In this document: in pieces, positions 26,141-28,261 of the stretch
Numbering within the stretch: position 1 is the first letter of the stretch
Layout of the letters: each line of letters begins with the position of its first letter
Assembly: GCA_036336835.1 (NCBI GenBank)
Contig: JAYZFK010000053.1
Span: 1-28,261, forward strand
DNA from: Myxococcota bacterium
Lineage (GTDB): Bacteria > Myxococcota_A > UBA9160 > UBA4427
DNA: 28,261 nt
Reading direction: 5' to 3'
Made by a program: the position numbers and the translations under genes
Notes under the pieces: model-generated
What the model was told of the DNA's origin: nothing
Seen by the model: only the letters and a program-made list of their open reading frames with translations
Databases searched by the model: none

Positions 26141-26731
26141 ATGGCAAGCATTCTCCCGAACCGCGCCGTGGTTGGCGCTGTGCTCCTGTTGCTGGTGTCC
26201 GCCCCGGCTCATGCCGTACCGCTGATGCATCTCTCCGTCGGCGGAGCGGGCCCGGACGGAAACGTGCGGACTGGTGATTCGGTCACCCTGTCGATCCTTG
26301 CCTCGGGGATTCCGGCGGGGTCCGACGGCCTGGGCTTGTTCGGGTTCGGCTTTGACATCGGATTCGATGCGACGGGCCTGGCGGCGAGCAACCTGACGCT
26401 GGGGCCGCTCTGGCAGCTGACGGGCTTCGATGACTCGCTCGACTTGCCCGGGCTCGTCGGGCTGACATCCAATCGCTTCTTCCAGACGAGCGGACCATTC
26501 GGCGACGACATCCTGCTCGGGACGATCGACTTCCAGGGTCTCGCGCCGGGTCCCTACGATCTCACGCTCGGCTTCTTCACCGGAGTGGGCGACAACGTGC
26601 TCTTCGACGGGACGATGATCGACGCCGACCCCGGCTTCTTTGGAACCGGCAGCATCACCGTGCCCGAACCGGTCAGCTCGGTGCTCTTCCTGATCGGGCT
26701 CCTGGCACTCTCGAGTTCCCGCCGCCGGTAG
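26141..26731 (+). CDS. PEP-CTERM sorting-domain protein with cohesin-like beta-sandwich
   Basis: GGAGG RBS before ATG 26141. Signal peptide ending APAHA. C-terminus VPEP + hydrophobic helix + RRR. The core pattern GDSVTLSI...FGFDIGFD...LLGTIDFQGLAPG..DLTL resembles cohesin-like domains; the domain call is less certain than the sorting signal. Confidence 0.88.
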   Translation: MASILPNRAVVGAVLLLLVSAPAHAVPLMHLSVGGAGPDGNVRTGDSVTLSILASGIPAGSDGLGLFGFGFDIGFDATGLAASNLTLGPLWQLTGFDDSLDLPGLVGLTSNRFFQTSGPFGDDILLGTIDFQGLAPGPYDLTLGFFTGVGDNVLFDGTMIDADPGFFGTGSITVPEPVSSVLFLIGLLALSSSRRR

Positions 26732-26738
26732 ACTGGTT

Positions 26739-26764
26739 CCCCAGAAGCCGAGTGGCTTCCGGGG
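26739..26764 (+). other. GC-rich stem-loop between the PEP-CTERM and ligase genes
   Basis: CCCCAGAAGCC-GAGT-GGCTTCCGGGG: 11-bp stem with one mismatch and no U-tract. Confidence 0.5.
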
Positions 26765-26777
26765 GGCCGGCTGGGCC

Positions 26778-28055
26778 GTGGACGAGACACCCCACAACCG
26801 AGCGGTGAGCAGCAGCCTCGAGCTGCGGGCTCGAGCCTGTGTCGAGGCCGGAATCCTCGGCTACCTCGTCCAGCTTCCCTTCGCCTCACAGCTTCCGCCC
26901 GTCTTCCAGACCGTTGCGCTGGCGGCGATCCTGGTGGGCCTGCTGCTCGTCGGCTGGGCGGACTTCGTGCGAAGTCAGCCCAGCCTGCGCTTCGAGTTGC
27001 TCGGCCCGACCCTCGTCTTCTTCGCTTCGTTCGGCATCTCGATCTTCACCTCGGACCACCGCGGCCTGAGTGCCGGGCGAGCCTACTTCCTGCCGATCGC
27101 GCTGCTCTTCTTTCTCGCCTTGCAGGTTGCGGTCGTGTCCCGGGCTTCCTTGCTGCGCCTCTCGTTCGTGTTGCTGGCCGTGATCGGCTCGCTCGGCATC
27201 AACGGCATCTACCAGGCCTACAGCGGCGCAGCCCCGATCTCCGGCCAGTCTCTCTACGGCGAGCGCATCCGCGGCGGACTGCCGCATCCGAACGACCTGG
27301 CCATGATCCCGATCCTGCTTCCGCTCGCGGCGTTGGCGGTCACCGAAGCAAGCAGACGCTGGCTGTCGGCCGGCGGGGGCTTGGCCATTGCACTCGGCGT
27401 GGCCACCGTGGGCCTGAGCCGGAGCCGCAACGCGCTCCTCGGCCTCGCCGTCGTCGTTGCCGTCTCGCTCTTCGCGTCGCGGAGCCGGCGCGCCTGGCTC
27501 GCACTGACCGCACTCGCGGTCCTCGCGGGGGGCCTCGTCGCAGTCGTCGATCCGCAGAGCGCCGTGTATCGGCTACTGGACCCGGCACTGGTCCGGGGAG
27601 ACGGACGCATCGGCCTCTGGCTCTCGGCACTCGAGATCTTCCGGGAAGCCCCACTGCTCGGCTCGGGGCCCTTTCTGTTCGACCGGCTCTATCCCTCGTT
27701 CGTCGAGCGGGTCGAGCTGCCCGGCGGCTACCACGCCGAGCGCGGTTACATCCCCTGGGTCCACAGTCTCTACCTGGAGGCCCTGGCCGAGCGAGGCCTG
27801 CTCGGGCTCGGGAGCTTCCTGGTGCTCGTCGCCCTCGCGCTGCGCCGCGTCGGCTCCGCCTGGCGAGACGCGCTCACGGCAGCGTCGCGCAACCTCGCCG
27901 CGGCACTGGCCGCGTCGTGGGCCGCCTTTCTGGTGATGGGCGCCGTCGACCTCAGCTTCCTGAAGGACTGGGTGTGGATCGTCTTTGCGCTGCTGGTCTC
28001 GCTCTCCGCGCGGCTGCGGCTGCTGTCAGCGGCGCCGCCGACGCCCGGGCAGTAG
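26778..28055 (+). CDS. O-antigen ligase / O-oligosaccharyltransferase family (Wzy_C) membrane protein
   Basis: Multiple TM segments. Motifs HPNDLA, SRSRNA, GRIGLW, PLLGSG and VHSLYLEALAERGLLG. The start is uncertain (GTG 26778 or GTG 26805). Confidence 0.9.
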   Translation: MDETPHNRAVSSSLELRARACVEAGILGYLVQLPFASQLPPVFQTVALAAILVGLLLVGWADFVRSQPSLRFELLGPTLVFFASFGISIFTSDHRGLSAGRAYFLPIALLFFLALQVAVVSRASLLRLSFVLLAVIGSLGINGIYQAYSGAAPISGQSLYGERIRGGLPHPNDLAMIPILLPLAALAVTEASRRWLSAGGGLAIALGVATVGLSRSRNALLGLAVVVAVSLFASRSRRAWLALTALAVLAGGLVAVVDPQSAVYRLLDPALVRGDGRIGLWLSALEIFREAPLLGSGPFLFDRLYPSFVERVELPGGYHAERGYIPWVHSLYLEALAERGLLGLGSFLVLVALALRRVGSAWRDALTAASRNLAAALAASWAAFLVMGAVDLSFLKDWVWIVFALLVSLSARLRLLSAAPPTPGQ

Positions 28056-28261
28056 CTGCAGCACGATCACCAGCGATGCCACCGACACCGAGGCCAGCAG
28101 GATCGCGGGCTCGGGAGCCGCGAACAGCATCAGGTGCCCCGCCAGGTACGGGAAGTTCGACTCCGACGGCCCCTCGCACGTCTCACCGAAGTTCGACCGG
28201 AACGCCAGCACGTCCGAGTTGTTCACCAGACCGTCGAAGTTGTAGTCGCAACCATGGTCGC
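28026..28261 (-). CDS. 3' end of a PEP-CTERM-type protein with a dockerin-like Ca-binding loop (runs off the right edge)
   Basis: The frame is open to the window edge: DHGCDYNFDGLVNNSDVLAFRSNFGETC...FAAPEPAILLASVSVASLVIVLQLLPGRRRRR*. This gives a DxNxDGxVNxxD loop followed by APEP + TM + basic tail. Confidence 0.8.
   Translation of the reverse strand, partial: DHGCDYNFDGLVNNSDVLAFRSNFGETCEGPSESNFPYLAGHLMLFAAPEPAILLASVSVASLVIVLQLLPGRRRRR

Noticed and set aside
1..28261. CRISPR arrays, tRNA/rRNA, IS elements, prophage or defence genes
   Set aside because: No regularly spaced repeats, RNA-gene signatures, or transposase, integrase or nuclease motifs were seen by eye.

Overview
GC-rich bacterial chromosome segment. 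Lipoprotein signal peptides and PEP-CTERM sorting signals point to a diderm bacterium, perhaps Myxococcota or deltaproteobacteria-like (inference only). About 25 genes can be called. Most of the window (1-25.9 kb) is a dense catabolic island for lipids, steroids or aromatics. It holds an acyl-CoA dehydrogenase, a Cys-less thiolase-like protein with its DUF35 partner, an O-methyltransferase, three intact SDRs plus one internally deleted SDR relic, three tandem lipoprotein hydrolases, and a divergent pair of D-aminoacylase-like amidohydrolases with a TetR gene and candidate operator. It also holds a hotdog thioesterase, a PQQ dehydrogenase, a BbsE/F-like CoA-transferase pair, gdhA, a BaiE-like NTF2 protein and a GPH transporter. 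The most striking feature is at the right end. A PEP-CTERM protein with a cohesin-like domain and an O-antigen-ligase/oligosaccharyltransferase-family gene converge on a second, truncated PEP-CTERM gene that carries a dockerin-like Ca-binding loop. This suggests an exosortase-anchored, possibly glycosylated cohesin-dockerin surface system. No RNA genes, CRISPR arrays or mobile elements were seen. All family calls come from motif recognition, not database searches.
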